Made by a program: the position numbers and the translations under genes. From contig CAZFZQ010000002.1 of the NCBI GenBank assembly GCA_964522845.1, forward strand, positions 1 to 39,097: DNA of 39,097 nt. The letters are read 5' to 3'. How positions within the stretch are numbered: the stretch's first letter is position 1; every line of letters begins with the position of its first letter. The notes under the pieces are model-generated. The model had not been told where the DNA came from. It did not search any database and saw nothing but the letters and a program-made list of their open reading frames with translations. Shown here piece by piece: positions 31,502 through 39,048 of this stretch. This stretch comes from an uncultured Gammaproteobacteria bacterium. Its GTDB lineage: Bacteria > Patescibacteriota > Patescibacteriia > GCA-002772895.

Positions 31502-33322
31502 ATGACCGTAAAAGAATTGCGGCAAAAATATTTGGAATTTTTTAGAGAAAAAGGGCATGCGATAATACCTTCGTCGTCTTTGGTTCCGGAAAACGACCCG
31601 ACCACTCTTTTTATTACCGCGGGAATGCACCCTTTGGTTCCATATCTTTTGGGGCAAAAACATCCGCAAGGCACACGGCTCGCCAGCGTGCAAAAATGCA
31701 TCCGCACAACCGACATTGATGAAGTTGGCGACGCTACGCATCTTACTTTTTTTGAAATGCTGGGCAATTGGTCCTTGGGTGATTATGGAAAAAAAGAAGC
31801 CATAGAAATGAGTTTTGAATTTTTAACTTCTCCCAAGTGGTTGGGGATTCCATTAGAAAAATTGGCGGTTACTGTCTTCGAAGGGGCGGAGGGAATTCCA
31901 AAAGATGATGAAGCCGCGTCTGTTTGGCAAAAATTGGGAATGCCCAAAAACAGAATTGCTTTCATGGGCAAGAAAGATAATTGGTGGGGGCCGGCCGGCA
32001 TAACCGGACCGTGCGGACCGGATACGGAAATGTTTTTTTATGTTGGCTCGCCTCGATTCGGCGAAGCGGGCGAGGGCAAGCCGTCCGCAACAAGCAATCC
32101 CAAAACCGCGCCCAAAGAATGGGTGGAAATTTGGAATGATGTCTTCATGATTTATAACAAAACAAAAGATGGCAAGTACGAAGATTTGAAACAAAAAAAT
32201 ATTGATACGGGCATGGGGCTGGAGCGGACCGCGGCCGTGCTTCAAGGAAAAAAATCCGTTTATGATATAGAGTTATTTTCCCCGCTTTTTAATCAATTGG
32301 AAAAAGTTTGCGGGAAAAAATATGCCGACCGGCCCAAAGAATTCCGTATTGTTGTCGACCATGTACGCGCCGCGTCATTTATTTTGGCCGAGGGTGTGAC
32401 GCCATCAAATATTGATAGAGGATATGTTTTGCGCCGGCTTATTCGCCGCGCTTATCGGTATGGAAAACTTTTAGGCATTGAAGGAGAGTTTTTAATGAAG
32501 CTCACGGAAATTATTGTAAATCAGATGCGGAGCGAATATCCGGAACTGCAAGAAAATTTGCAATTTATCACTTCGCAATTGGCGCAAGAAGAAGACCGTT
32601 TCCAGGCGACACTGGAACGCGGATTGCGCGAATTTTCCCGTATGAGCGCGGGAGGGAAACTTTCCGGGCAAGAAGTGTTTACGCTTTTTTCCACCTATGG
32701 TTTTCCTTATGAAATGACGGAAGAATTGGCAAAAGAAAAAAATATTTCCGTAAATAAAAAAGAATTTGATGAAGAATTTTCCAAGCATCAAGAATTGTCG
32801 CGCAAGGGTGCGGAAGGAAAATTCAAAGGCGGACTGGCGGACACGGAAGAAGCAACAAAAAAATTGCACACCGCGACCCATCTTTTGCAGGCAGCGCTCC
32901 GCAAAGTTTTAGGAGATCGTGTGCAACAGCGCGGTTCCAACATCACGGCCGAGCGTTTGCGTTTTGATTTTGTCCATCCGGAAAAAATGACCGCGGAACA
33001 ATTAAAAAAAGTTGAAGAATTGGTGAATGGCGCCATCGCGGCGGATTACAAAGTGGAATGCCGTGAGATGCCGACTGCGGAAGCGGAAAAATCCGGCGCC
33101 CTGGGATTTTTCGGACATAAATACGGCGATACGGTAAAAGTATATACCGTTGGGGCGGGCCCCACTTCGCCAAGGCTTCGCGGGACAAGCAAAGACGTTT
33201 TTTCAAAAGAAATTTGCGGCGGTCCGCACGCTGAGCACACAGGCGAGCTTGGAAAATTCAAAATCTTAAAAGAAGAAGCCGTCTCCGCGGGCGTGAGAAG
33301 AATCAAGGCGGTGCTGGAGTAG
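31502..33322 (+). CDS. alaS: Alanyl-tRNA synthetase, truncated form (606 aa, no C-Ala domain)
   Basis: Class II core (FTNAGM-like FITAGMHP), editing motifs HTATHLLQAAL and CGGPH. Ends right after the editing domain. Confidence 0.9.
   Translation: MTVKELRQKYLEFFREKGHAIIPSSSLVPENDPTTLFITAGMHPLVPYLLGQKHPQGTRLASVQKCIRTTDIDEVGDATHLTFFEMLGNWSLGDYGKKEAIEMSFEFLTSPKWLGIPLEKLAVTVFEGAEGIPKDDEAASVWQKLGMPKNRIAFMGKKDNWWGPAGITGPCGPDTEMFFYVGSPRFGEAGEGKPSATSNPKTAPKEWVEIWNDVFMIYNKTKDGKYEDLKQKNIDTGMGLERTAAVLQGKKSVYDIELFSPLFNQLEKVCGKKYADRPKEFRIVVDHVRAASFILAEGVTPSNIDRGYVLRRLIRRAYRYGKLLGIEGEFLMKLTEIIVNQMRSEYPELQENLQFITSQLAQEEDRFQATLERGLREFSRMSAGGKLSGQEVFTLFSTYGFPYEMTEELAKEKNISVNKKEFDEEFSKHQELSRKGAEGKFKGGLADTEEATKKLHTATHLLQAALRKVLGDRVQQRGSNITAERLRFDFVHPEKMTAEQLKKVEELVNGAIAADYKVECREMPTAEAEKSGALGFFGHKYGDTVKVYTVGAGPTSPRLRGTSKDVFSKEICGGPHAEHTGELGKFKILKEEAVSAGVRRIKAVLE
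32045..32082. repeat. Intragenic GC-rich element (CTCGCCTCGATTCGGCGAAGCGGGCGAG)
   Basis: Same core as 23170-23195. Encodes GSPRFGEAGEGKP. Confidence 0.65.
33160..33190. repeat. Intragenic GC-rich element, family 1
   Basis: CCCCACTTCGCCAAGGCTTCGCGGGACAAGC encodes GPTSPRLRGTSK just before the conserved ..SKEICGGPH. Confidence 0.7.
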
Positions 33323-33337
33323 GAAAAACATAAAGTC

Positions 33338-33778
33338 ATGATAGGTAGAATATTTATAAAGTGGCTATATCCGTTCGCTAAATTATATTGGTTTATTTTT
33401 AGACCGGAAACTTTTGGTGTGAGGGGCGTGGTTGAGTGCGACGGCAAAATTATCATGATAAGGAATACATATGGTAATAGTAAAATTTGGATGTTTCCCG
33501 GTGGTGGGATTAAAAAAGGCGAAAGTCCTGAAAAGGCATTTGCAAGAGAAATTAAAGAAGAGACGGGACTGGATATAAAAGATATCAAGAAGATCGGTAC
33601 ATATGCATCAACTATTGAATATAAGAGAGATAATGTTGAAGTTTTTGCAGGAAAAAGCGAGGAAAGTAATCTAAAAATTGAGCCATTGGAAATTCTTGAA
33701 GCTGAATGGTTTGAACCCAACAATTTGCCGGAAATTTCACCTAATTCGAAGAAGATTTTATCTATGTGGATGAATTAA
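33338..33778 (+). CDS. NUDIX hydrolase
   Basis: Nudix box PGGGIKKGESPEKAFAREIKEETG. Confidence 0.85.
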   Translation: MIGRIFIKWLYPFAKLYWFIFRPETFGVRGVVECDGKIIMIRNTYGNSKIWMFPGGGIKKGESPEKAFAREIKEETGLDIKDIKKIGTYASTIEYKRDNVEVFAGKSEESNLKIEPLEILEAEWFEPNNLPEISPNSKKILSMWMN

Positions 33779-33793
33779 TAAGTTATAAGAAGC

Positions 33794-34123
33794 ATGAGCA
33801 CAAAATTTGTATTCAAAAATGACAGATTTAAGAAGGCGCGAGGCGGATATTCCCGATGGTTATTGATAAGCTGCGAGAAGTGTAAAAATAAAATTTTATT
33901 TTACCAAAAAGACGGCCCAGGGATTCTTAAGCGTCTTTATCTTGACCGGATAATCGTTTCTAAAAATTTTTCAGACAAAAATTTGACCTGCAAAAAATGT
34001 AAAACAGTGCTTGGTGCCCGCACCATCTATAAAAAAGAGAATCGACCTGCCTATAGATTGTTCGTTGGGGCAGTAGGTAAGAAGATCATTAAAGAAGATG
34101 GGCTGTCGAAAATAAATTCGTAG
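33794..34123 (+). CDS. Basic zinc-ribbon protein (109 aa), unknown function
   Basis: CEKCKN...CKKCKT pair. Embedded between NUDIX genes. Confidence 0.6.
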   Translation: MSTKFVFKNDRFKKARGGYSRWLLISCEKCKNKILFYQKDGPGILKRLYLDRIIVSKNFSDKNLTCKKCKTVLGARTIYKKENRPAYRLFVGAVGKKIIKEDGLSKINS

Positions 34124-34131
34124 TCCCCCAT

Positions 34132-34581
34132 ATGGAAATTAAAGACCGCTTTAAATTGATTCCGGAAGTGTATTTAATTCTTGTTGAAAATGAAAAGATT
34201 TTATTGTTAAGAAGATTTCAAACCGGGTATGAGGACGGAAATTATAGTATGGTGGCCGGACACGCGGACGGCAATGAAACGATGAGAGAGGCCATCGCGC
34301 GGGAAGCCAGAGAAGAAGCGGGCATCAAAATCGATCCCATGAAATTGGAACATATTTTGACCATGCATCGATGGTGCGAAGACCATGAAAGAATTGGATT
34401 ATATTTTATGGCAAAAAATTGGGACGGTGAAATTAAAAATTCAGAGCCGAATAAATGTGATGATTTATCATGGTTCTCACTTGCCGAATTGCCAAAAAAT
34501 ACCATTCCCTATGTAGCGACCGCAATTGACTGTTATCAAAACGGAGTAAAATATTGTGAGTTTGGGTGGAATAATATTTGA
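34132..34581 (+). CDS. NUDIX hydrolase
   Basis: Nudix box AGHADGNETMREAIAREAREEAG. Confidence 0.85.
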   Translation: MEIKDRFKLIPEVYLILVENEKILLLRRFQTGYEDGNYSMVAGHADGNETMREAIAREAREEAGIKIDPMKLEHILTMHRWCEDHERIGLYFMAKNWDGEIKNSEPNKCDDLSWFSLAELPKNTIPYVATAIDCYQNGVKYCEFGWNNI

Positions 34582-34583
34582 TT

Positions 34584-35108
34584 ATGAATTTAGAATGGAA
34601 GAAGGTCAATGAAAAGATAATTAGAGACGGTTACAGAAAAATATCTCTTAAAACATTTATTTTGCCGGATGGAAAACAGAAAGATTTTGAAATAAAAAAA
34701 GAAGGCGAGTGTGTTTGTGTTTTGCCAATAACGGCGGATAACAAGATTATTTTAGCAAAACAATTTCGTCCGGGTCCGGAAAAAGTATTAATGGAATTAC
34801 CCGGCGGAGGTTCGGGTGATGATACTCCGATTGAAGCGGCAAAAAGAGAGCTGTTGGAAGAAACTGGATATACGGGTGATTTTCAGTATGTGGCGACGCC
34901 GTGTGAGTGTGCTTATTCAACCATCAAAAGACATGCGTTTGTCGCGACTAATTGCAAAAAGGTTCAAGAACAAAATTTAGATGATTCAGAATTTATTGAG
35001 ATAGTAGAAATGACATTGCCGGAGTTTAGAAAACATTTGCAAACCGGTCAACTCTCGGATGTTGAAATAGGTTATTTGGGTTTAGATTTTTTGGGGTTGT
35101 TAAAGTGA
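34584..35108 (+). CDS. NUDIX hydrolase (ADP-ribose pyrophosphatase-like)
   Basis: Nudix box PGGGSGDDTPIEAAKRELLEETG. ATG 34584 is preferred to the TTG at 34578. Confidence 0.85.
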   Translation: MNLEWKKVNEKIIRDGYRKISLKTFILPDGKQKDFEIKKEGECVCVLPITADNKIILAKQFRPGPEKVLMELPGGGSGDDTPIEAAKRELLEETGYTGDFQYVATPCECAYSTIKRHAFVATNCKKVQEQNLDDSEFIEIVEMTLPEFRKHLQTGQLSDVEIGYLGLDFLGLLK

Positions 35109-35133
35109 TAAAAAGTTTGTTAGCGGGTATTAT

Positions 35134-35256
35134 CACCCCTTTGCCCGATAACGGGCACTTCCCCTCTAAAGAGGGGCAAAGGGAAGAGAATATATTCCTC
35201 CTTCCGCCTCTTCCCCCTTTTAAGGGGGAAGTGCCCCGTCCGCGGGGCGAAGGGGG
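35134..35256. repeat. Block of G/C-tract palindromes flanking DUF559 (left)
   Basis: CCCTTTGCCC..GGGCAAAGGG, CCCCTCTAAAGAGGGG, CTTCCCCCTTTTAAGGGGGAAG, GCCCCG..CGGGGC. Confidence 0.7.
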
Positions 35257-35619
35257 ATGAAAAATATGAAAGAAAAAATAAGCAATATCCCGTCTTTGAA
35301 AAATATCAGAAGAACGCTACGTCAGAATGCAACGCCGCAAGAAGTTATTCTATGGTCGCGTTTGAAAAATGAACAGCTCGGCTATAAGTTTCGCCGCCAG
35401 CATTCGTTTGGAAAATATGTCGCTGATTTTTATTGCCGAGAGAAAGCTCTTGTGATAGAAATTGACGGTTCGCAACATTTGGAGCAAAAAGAATATGATG
35501 ATAAAAGAAGTGATTTTTTTGAGCAACAAGGGCTTCATGTTTTAAGATTTTGGGATAATGAAATTAACACTAGTATCAGTGGTGTGATGGAGAAAATTAT
35601 TGAAGTTTTGGAAAAATAA
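35257..35619 (+). CDS. DUF559 (Vsr-like endonuclease fold) domain protein
   Basis: LRQNATPQEVILW..L......KFRRQH..G.YVADFYC......IEIDG..H pattern. Confidence 0.8.
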   Translation: MKNMKEKISNIPSLKNIRRTLRQNATPQEVILWSRLKNEQLGYKFRRQHSFGKYVADFYCREKALVIEIDGSQHLEQKEYDDKRSDFFEQQGLHVLRFWDNEINTSISGVMEKIIEVLEK

Positions 35620-35620
35620 A

Positions 35621-35670
35621 CACCCCCTCTGCCCTGCGGGCATCTCCCCCTCTAAAGAGCGGGGAGAGGG
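35621..35670. repeat. G/C-tract palindromes flanking DUF559 (right)
   Basis: CCCTCTGCCCTGCGGGC and CTCCCCCTCTAAAGAGCGGGGAGAGGG. Confidence 0.65.
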
Positions 35671-35726
35671 ATACTCGGAAAATTTTGAGTATAAAACACC
35701 CCTAAAAACCGCTATTTTTACAGCTC

Positions 35727-35755
35727 TTGACATTTTTTAGGAAATATTCTATAAT
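35727..35755 (+). promoter_or_regulatory. Consensus promoter for the infA-rpmJ-rpsM... operon
   Basis: TTGACA-17 nt-TATAAT (perfect hexamers). Confidence 0.75.
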
Positions 35756-35779
35756 ACTAAAAGTAATAAACATATATAA

Positions 35780-36028
35780 ATGAATAAGAATAGAGATGAG
35801 CAAGTGGCCGCGGCGGGTTCCAAGGACTTCCTTGAAGAGCGCGGCGAAGTAATTGAACTATTGCCAGCCGCAACTTTCAGAGTGCAGCTGGAAAATGGGC
35901 ATATCATTTTGGCGCATCTTGCCGGAAGAATGCGGATGAATAAAATCCGTCTTTTGCCCGGCGATAAAGTGAAGGTGCAGATAACACCGTACGATTTGAC
36001 AAAAGGGAGGATTACTTATCGGTTTTAA
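35780..36028 (+). CDS. infA: Translation initiation factor IF-1 (with an N-terminal extension)
   Basis: [49 protein letters not shown]. Confidence 0.95.
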   Translation: MNKNRDEQVAAAGSKDFLEERGEVIELLPAATFRVQLENGHIILAHLAGRMRMNKIRLLPGDKVKVQITPYDLTKGRITYRF

Positions 36029-36109
36029 TATTTATTAGCGCCGAAAGATATGTGCCGCGTGATGTACGCCAGGGCAGCGTACTATTTTAATACTACTTAA
36101 TAATTTGTT

Positions 36110-36223
36110 ATGAAGGTTAGGGCATCAGTTAAAAAAATTTGCAAAGATTGCAAAGTGGTCAGACGCAAGAAACGCGTCTGTGTTATCTGTAAAAATCCTC
36201 GGCACAAACAGCGCCAAGGATAA
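36110..36223 (+). CDS. rpmJ: 50S ribosomal protein L36 (37 aa, below the ORF-track cutoff)
   Basis: [37 protein letters not shown]. Confidence 0.9.
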   Translation: MKVRASVKKICKDCKVVRRKKRVCVICKNPRHKQRQG

Positions 36224-36235
36224 ATTTTCAATTCA

Positions 36236-36321
36236 AGGTGAATAGGCGGATAGGTTTATAGGTGATTAGGAAAAACCTTCCGAAACCTATCAACCTACTT
36301 AACCTAATAACCTATCAACCT
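36236..36321 (+). repeat. Word-array spacer hairpin (AGGnnnAT x4 / CCTAnnAA x4) between rpmJ and rpsM
   Basis: The left arm 36236-36270 aligns with the reverse complement of the right arm 36286-36321 at about 25 of 35 positions, plus G-U pairs. Confidence 0.65.
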
Positions 36322-36327
36322 AAATTT

Positions 36328-36717
36328 ATGGCTAGAATTTCAGGAGTCAACTTACCGCTAAATAAAAGAATTGTAATAGCTCTTACATATTTATATGGCG
36401 TGGGCAAACAGAATGCCGCCGTTATTTTGAAAGCGGCAGGCGTTGACGAAAATATCAGAACCAAGGATTTGTCCGAAGCCGATGCCAATAAAATCAGAGA
36501 AATTGTTGAAAAGAAATATGTAACCGAAGGCGAACTTCGCCGCCAGATCACGGCTAATATCAGACGTTTGAAAGAAATCGGTTCTTATCGCGGAAGCCGC
36601 CACAGCAAAGGATTGCCGGTGCGCGGACAAAGAACGAAAACCAATTCCAGAACGGTGCGCGGCAACAAACGCCTGACCGCGGGTTCAGGTCGCAAAGCGG
36701 CGGGACAAAAAACCTAA
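36328..36717 (+). CDS. rpsM: 30S ribosomal protein S13
   Basis: MARISGVNLP start. The track start at 36262 lies inside the spacer repeat. Confidence 0.95.
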   Translation: MARISGVNLPLNKRIVIALTYLYGVGKQNAAVILKAAGVDENIRTKDLSEADANKIREIVEKKYVTEGELRRQITANIRRLKEIGSYRGSRHSKGLPVRGQRTKTNSRTVRGNKRLTAGSGRKAAGQKT

Positions 36718-36730
36718 CCACTGATTTTTA

Positions 36731-36805
36731 AGACACAGATAACACAGATGAAGGCAAGGAAAATTTAGAAAAGAATCTGTGTAATCTGTGATAATATATC
36801 TGTGG
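36731..36805 (+). repeat. Word-array spacer hairpin (ACACAGAT / ATCTGTG words) between rpsM and rpsK
   Basis: AGACACAGATAACACAGAT pairs with ATCTGTGTAATCTGTG...ATCTGTGG. Confidence 0.6.
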
Positions 36806-36826
36806 TTGTTACAACTAATTAAATTT

Positions 36827-37228
36827 ATGGCAAAACCTCAAGTTAAAAAAGCGGTCAGAAAAAAGAAAAAAACATATAAACAAGTCGCCTTGGGCAAGGC
36901 CTACATTCAAGCTACCTATAATAATACCCTCGCCACTTTGACGGATTTGAACGGCAATGTGCTGGCATGGTCTTCGGCCGGACTTTGCGGATTTAAGGGT
37001 CCAAAAAAATCAACGCCTTACGCGGCTACGGTTATTATTAAAGACGTGGTGGCAAAAGCGGCTCCGTACGGATTAAAAGATGTGCACGTTCTCGTGAAAG
37101 GCGTGGGACAGGGCAGAGAATCCGCCGTGAGATCGTTAAATGCCAATGGATTATCAATTTTAAGCATTAAAGATATGACCCCGATCCCTCACAACGGCCC
37201 AAAGCCGCCGAGGCCGAGACGGGTATAA
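36827..37228 (+). CDS. rpsK: 30S ribosomal protein S11
   Basis: MAKPQVKK... start and an S11 core. Confidence 0.95.
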   Translation: MAKPQVKKAVRKKKKTYKQVALGKAYIQATYNNTLATLTDLNGNVLAWSSAGLCGFKGPKKSTPYAATVIIKDVVAKAAPYGLKDVHVLVKGVGQGRESAVRSLNANGLSILSIKDMTPIPHNGPKPPRPRRV

Positions 37229-37231
37229 AAT

Positions 37232-37858
37232 ATGCCGGGAATCAATGACAAATGCTCGCTTTGCAGACGCCAGGGAGATAAGCTTTTTTTGAAGGGCGAC
37301 CGTTGTTTTACCGCAAAATGCGCTATTATTAAGAGAAAATATCCGCCCGGGATGCACGGCCAAAAAAGACAGCCGAAACTTACTGACTACGGGCGGGAGC
37401 TTCGCGACAAACAAGCGGCCAAGCGCCTTTATGGCCTCCGCGAAAAACAATTTTCAAATTACGTGGAAAAAGCCATGAAGAAAAAAGAAAACACTAATGA
37501 GCTTTTGGTGAGATATTTGGAATCGCGCCTGGACAATGTTATTTATCGTTTGGGTTTCGTCACTTCCCGCGCCGCGGCCAGGCAATTTGTGGGCCACGGT
37601 TTTGTTTTTGTGAATGGCAAAAAAGTGAATATCCCGTCTTACCAAGTAAGGCCGAAAGATATTATTACCGTGAATCCGGTCAAAGCCAACAAAAAAATTC
37701 TCAACGAAATAAAAGAAAGAGTAAAATCAAAAGAAATGCCGATTTGGATAAGTTTTGACAAACAGAAACTGGAAGCCAAAATTATTGAGGCGCCGCATTT
37801 GGCGGAAAACGAAAAGTCATTCAACGTCCAGACCGTGGTGGAATTTTACTCACGTTAA
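37232..37858 (+). CDS. rpsD: 30S ribosomal protein S4 (Cys4 N-terminal type)
   Basis: CSLCRRQG..CFTAKC and an S4 domain. Confidence 0.95.
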   Translation: MPGINDKCSLCRRQGDKLFLKGDRCFTAKCAIIKRKYPPGMHGQKRQPKLTDYGRELRDKQAAKRLYGLREKQFSNYVEKAMKKKENTNELLVRYLESRLDNVIYRLGFVTSRAAARQFVGHGFVFVNGKKVNIPSYQVRPKDIITVNPVKANKKILNEIKERVKSKEMPIWISFDKQKLEAKIIEAPHLAENEKSFNVQTVVEFYSR

Positions 37859-37867
37859 AAATAATTA

Positions 37868-37937
37868 TAGTTGTTAGTTATGGAGGAATTAGGGTTCGCC
37901 CTAATTAACTAAGAAACTAATCAACTAATTTACTAAC
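37868..37937 (+). repeat. Word-array spacer hairpin (TAGTT / AACTA words) between rpsD and rpoA
   Basis: Core AATTAGGG-TTCG-CCCTAATT (37887-37906) flanked by word arrays. Confidence 0.65.
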
Positions 37938-37939
37938 TT

Positions 37940-38698
37940 ATGGAACCGATACTTTTGCCATCAAAAATAGAGTTTAGAAAAGGCGCCAATTCCAACGAAT
38001 CGGTCTTGGAAATGGAACCGTGCTATCAGGGCTACGGCGTAACCATCGGAAACGCGCTTCGCCGCGTACTTTTGTCGTCTTTGCCGGGCGCGGCCATTAC
38101 TTCGGTAAAATTTGACGGCTTGACGCATGAATTTTCCGCGGTTCCCGGAGTACTGGAAGACGCTTTGCAGGTTATTTTAAATTTAAAACAAGTCCGTTTG
38201 CGCACTTATTCTGACGAGCCGGTAAGATTGAAACTTTCCGTTTCCGGCGAAAAAGAAGTCACGGCCGGAGATTTTGAAAAAAATTCCCAGATTGAAATTT
38301 CCAATCCGGATCAGCATATCGCCACTTTGACTGACGCTAAAAGCGAGCTAAGTATGGAAGTTATAGTTGAAGCGGGCCGCGGATACCTTGTGACCGAAGA
38401 AAGAGATAAATCAAATTTGGAAGCCGGGATGGTTGCAATTGACGCGATATTTACACCCATTAGAAATGTGGCCATCAAAGTGGAAAGCGTGCGCGTGGGA
38501 CAAATTACCAACTATGATAAATTAATTTTGACGGTGGAAACCGACGGCACCATTACTCCTGAAGAAGCGGTGAACGATGCTTCTAAGATTTTAATCAATC
38601 ATTTTGCTTTGCTTTCCGAGGCGAAAAAGGAAGAAAAAAAGCCGAGAAAGAGCAAAAAAGCAAAAGAAGCGGAAGAAGTTGTTGAAGCCCCTTTATGA
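37940..38698 (+). CDS. rpoA: DNA-directed RNA polymerase alpha subunit, N-terminal domain only (252 aa)
   Basis: Alpha-NTD sequence GNALRRVLLSSLPGAA. Ends in a K/E-rich tail. The rplQ ATG overlaps its stop. Confidence 0.9.
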   Translation: MEPILLPSKIEFRKGANSNESVLEMEPCYQGYGVTIGNALRRVLLSSLPGAAITSVKFDGLTHEFSAVPGVLEDALQVILNLKQVRLRTYSDEPVRLKLSVSGEKEVTAGDFEKNSQIEISNPDQHIATLTDAKSELSMEVIVEAGRGYLVTEERDKSNLEAGMVAIDAIFTPIRNVAIKVESVRVGQITNYDKLILTVETDGTITPEEAVNDASKILINHFALLSEAKKEEKKPRKSKKAKEAEEVVEAPL

Positions 38699-39048
38699 GA
38701 CACGGAAACAAGAAAAAAATATTCGGCAGAAAAGCCGCACCGAGAAAAGCTTTGACCAGAAATTTGGCCACGAGCTTGGTTTTGTATGAAAAGATTAAGA
38801 CCACGGAAACCAAAGCCAAGTATATCCGCCCCTATGTTGAAAAACTTATCACTTTGGGCAAAAAGAATACTTTGCACACCAGGCGCGAGCTTTTAGCAAA
38901 ATTATTTGTTGATTCAGCGGTTAAGAAAGTCTTAGAAGAGTTATCGCCGAGATATAAAGACAGAAAAGGCGGCTACTTGAGAATTACAAAATTAGGTTTC
39001 CGCCAAGGAGACGCCGCTAAAGTAGTAAGAATTGAATTTGTTAAATAA
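38695..39048 (+). CDS. rplQ: 50S ribosomal protein L17
   Basis: MRHGNKKKIFGRK... typical of L17. Confidence 0.95.
   Translation: MRHGNKKKIFGRKAAPRKALTRNLATSLVLYEKIKTTETKAKYIRPYVEKLITLGKKNTLHTRRELLAKLFVDSAVKKVLEELSPRYKDRKGGYLRITKLGFRQGDAAKVVRIEFVK

Noticed and set aside
33046-33723. 225-aa minus-strand ORF
   Set aside because: It spans the alaS end and the NUDIX gene on the opposite strand. It is Ser/Leu/Pro-rich with shadow composition.
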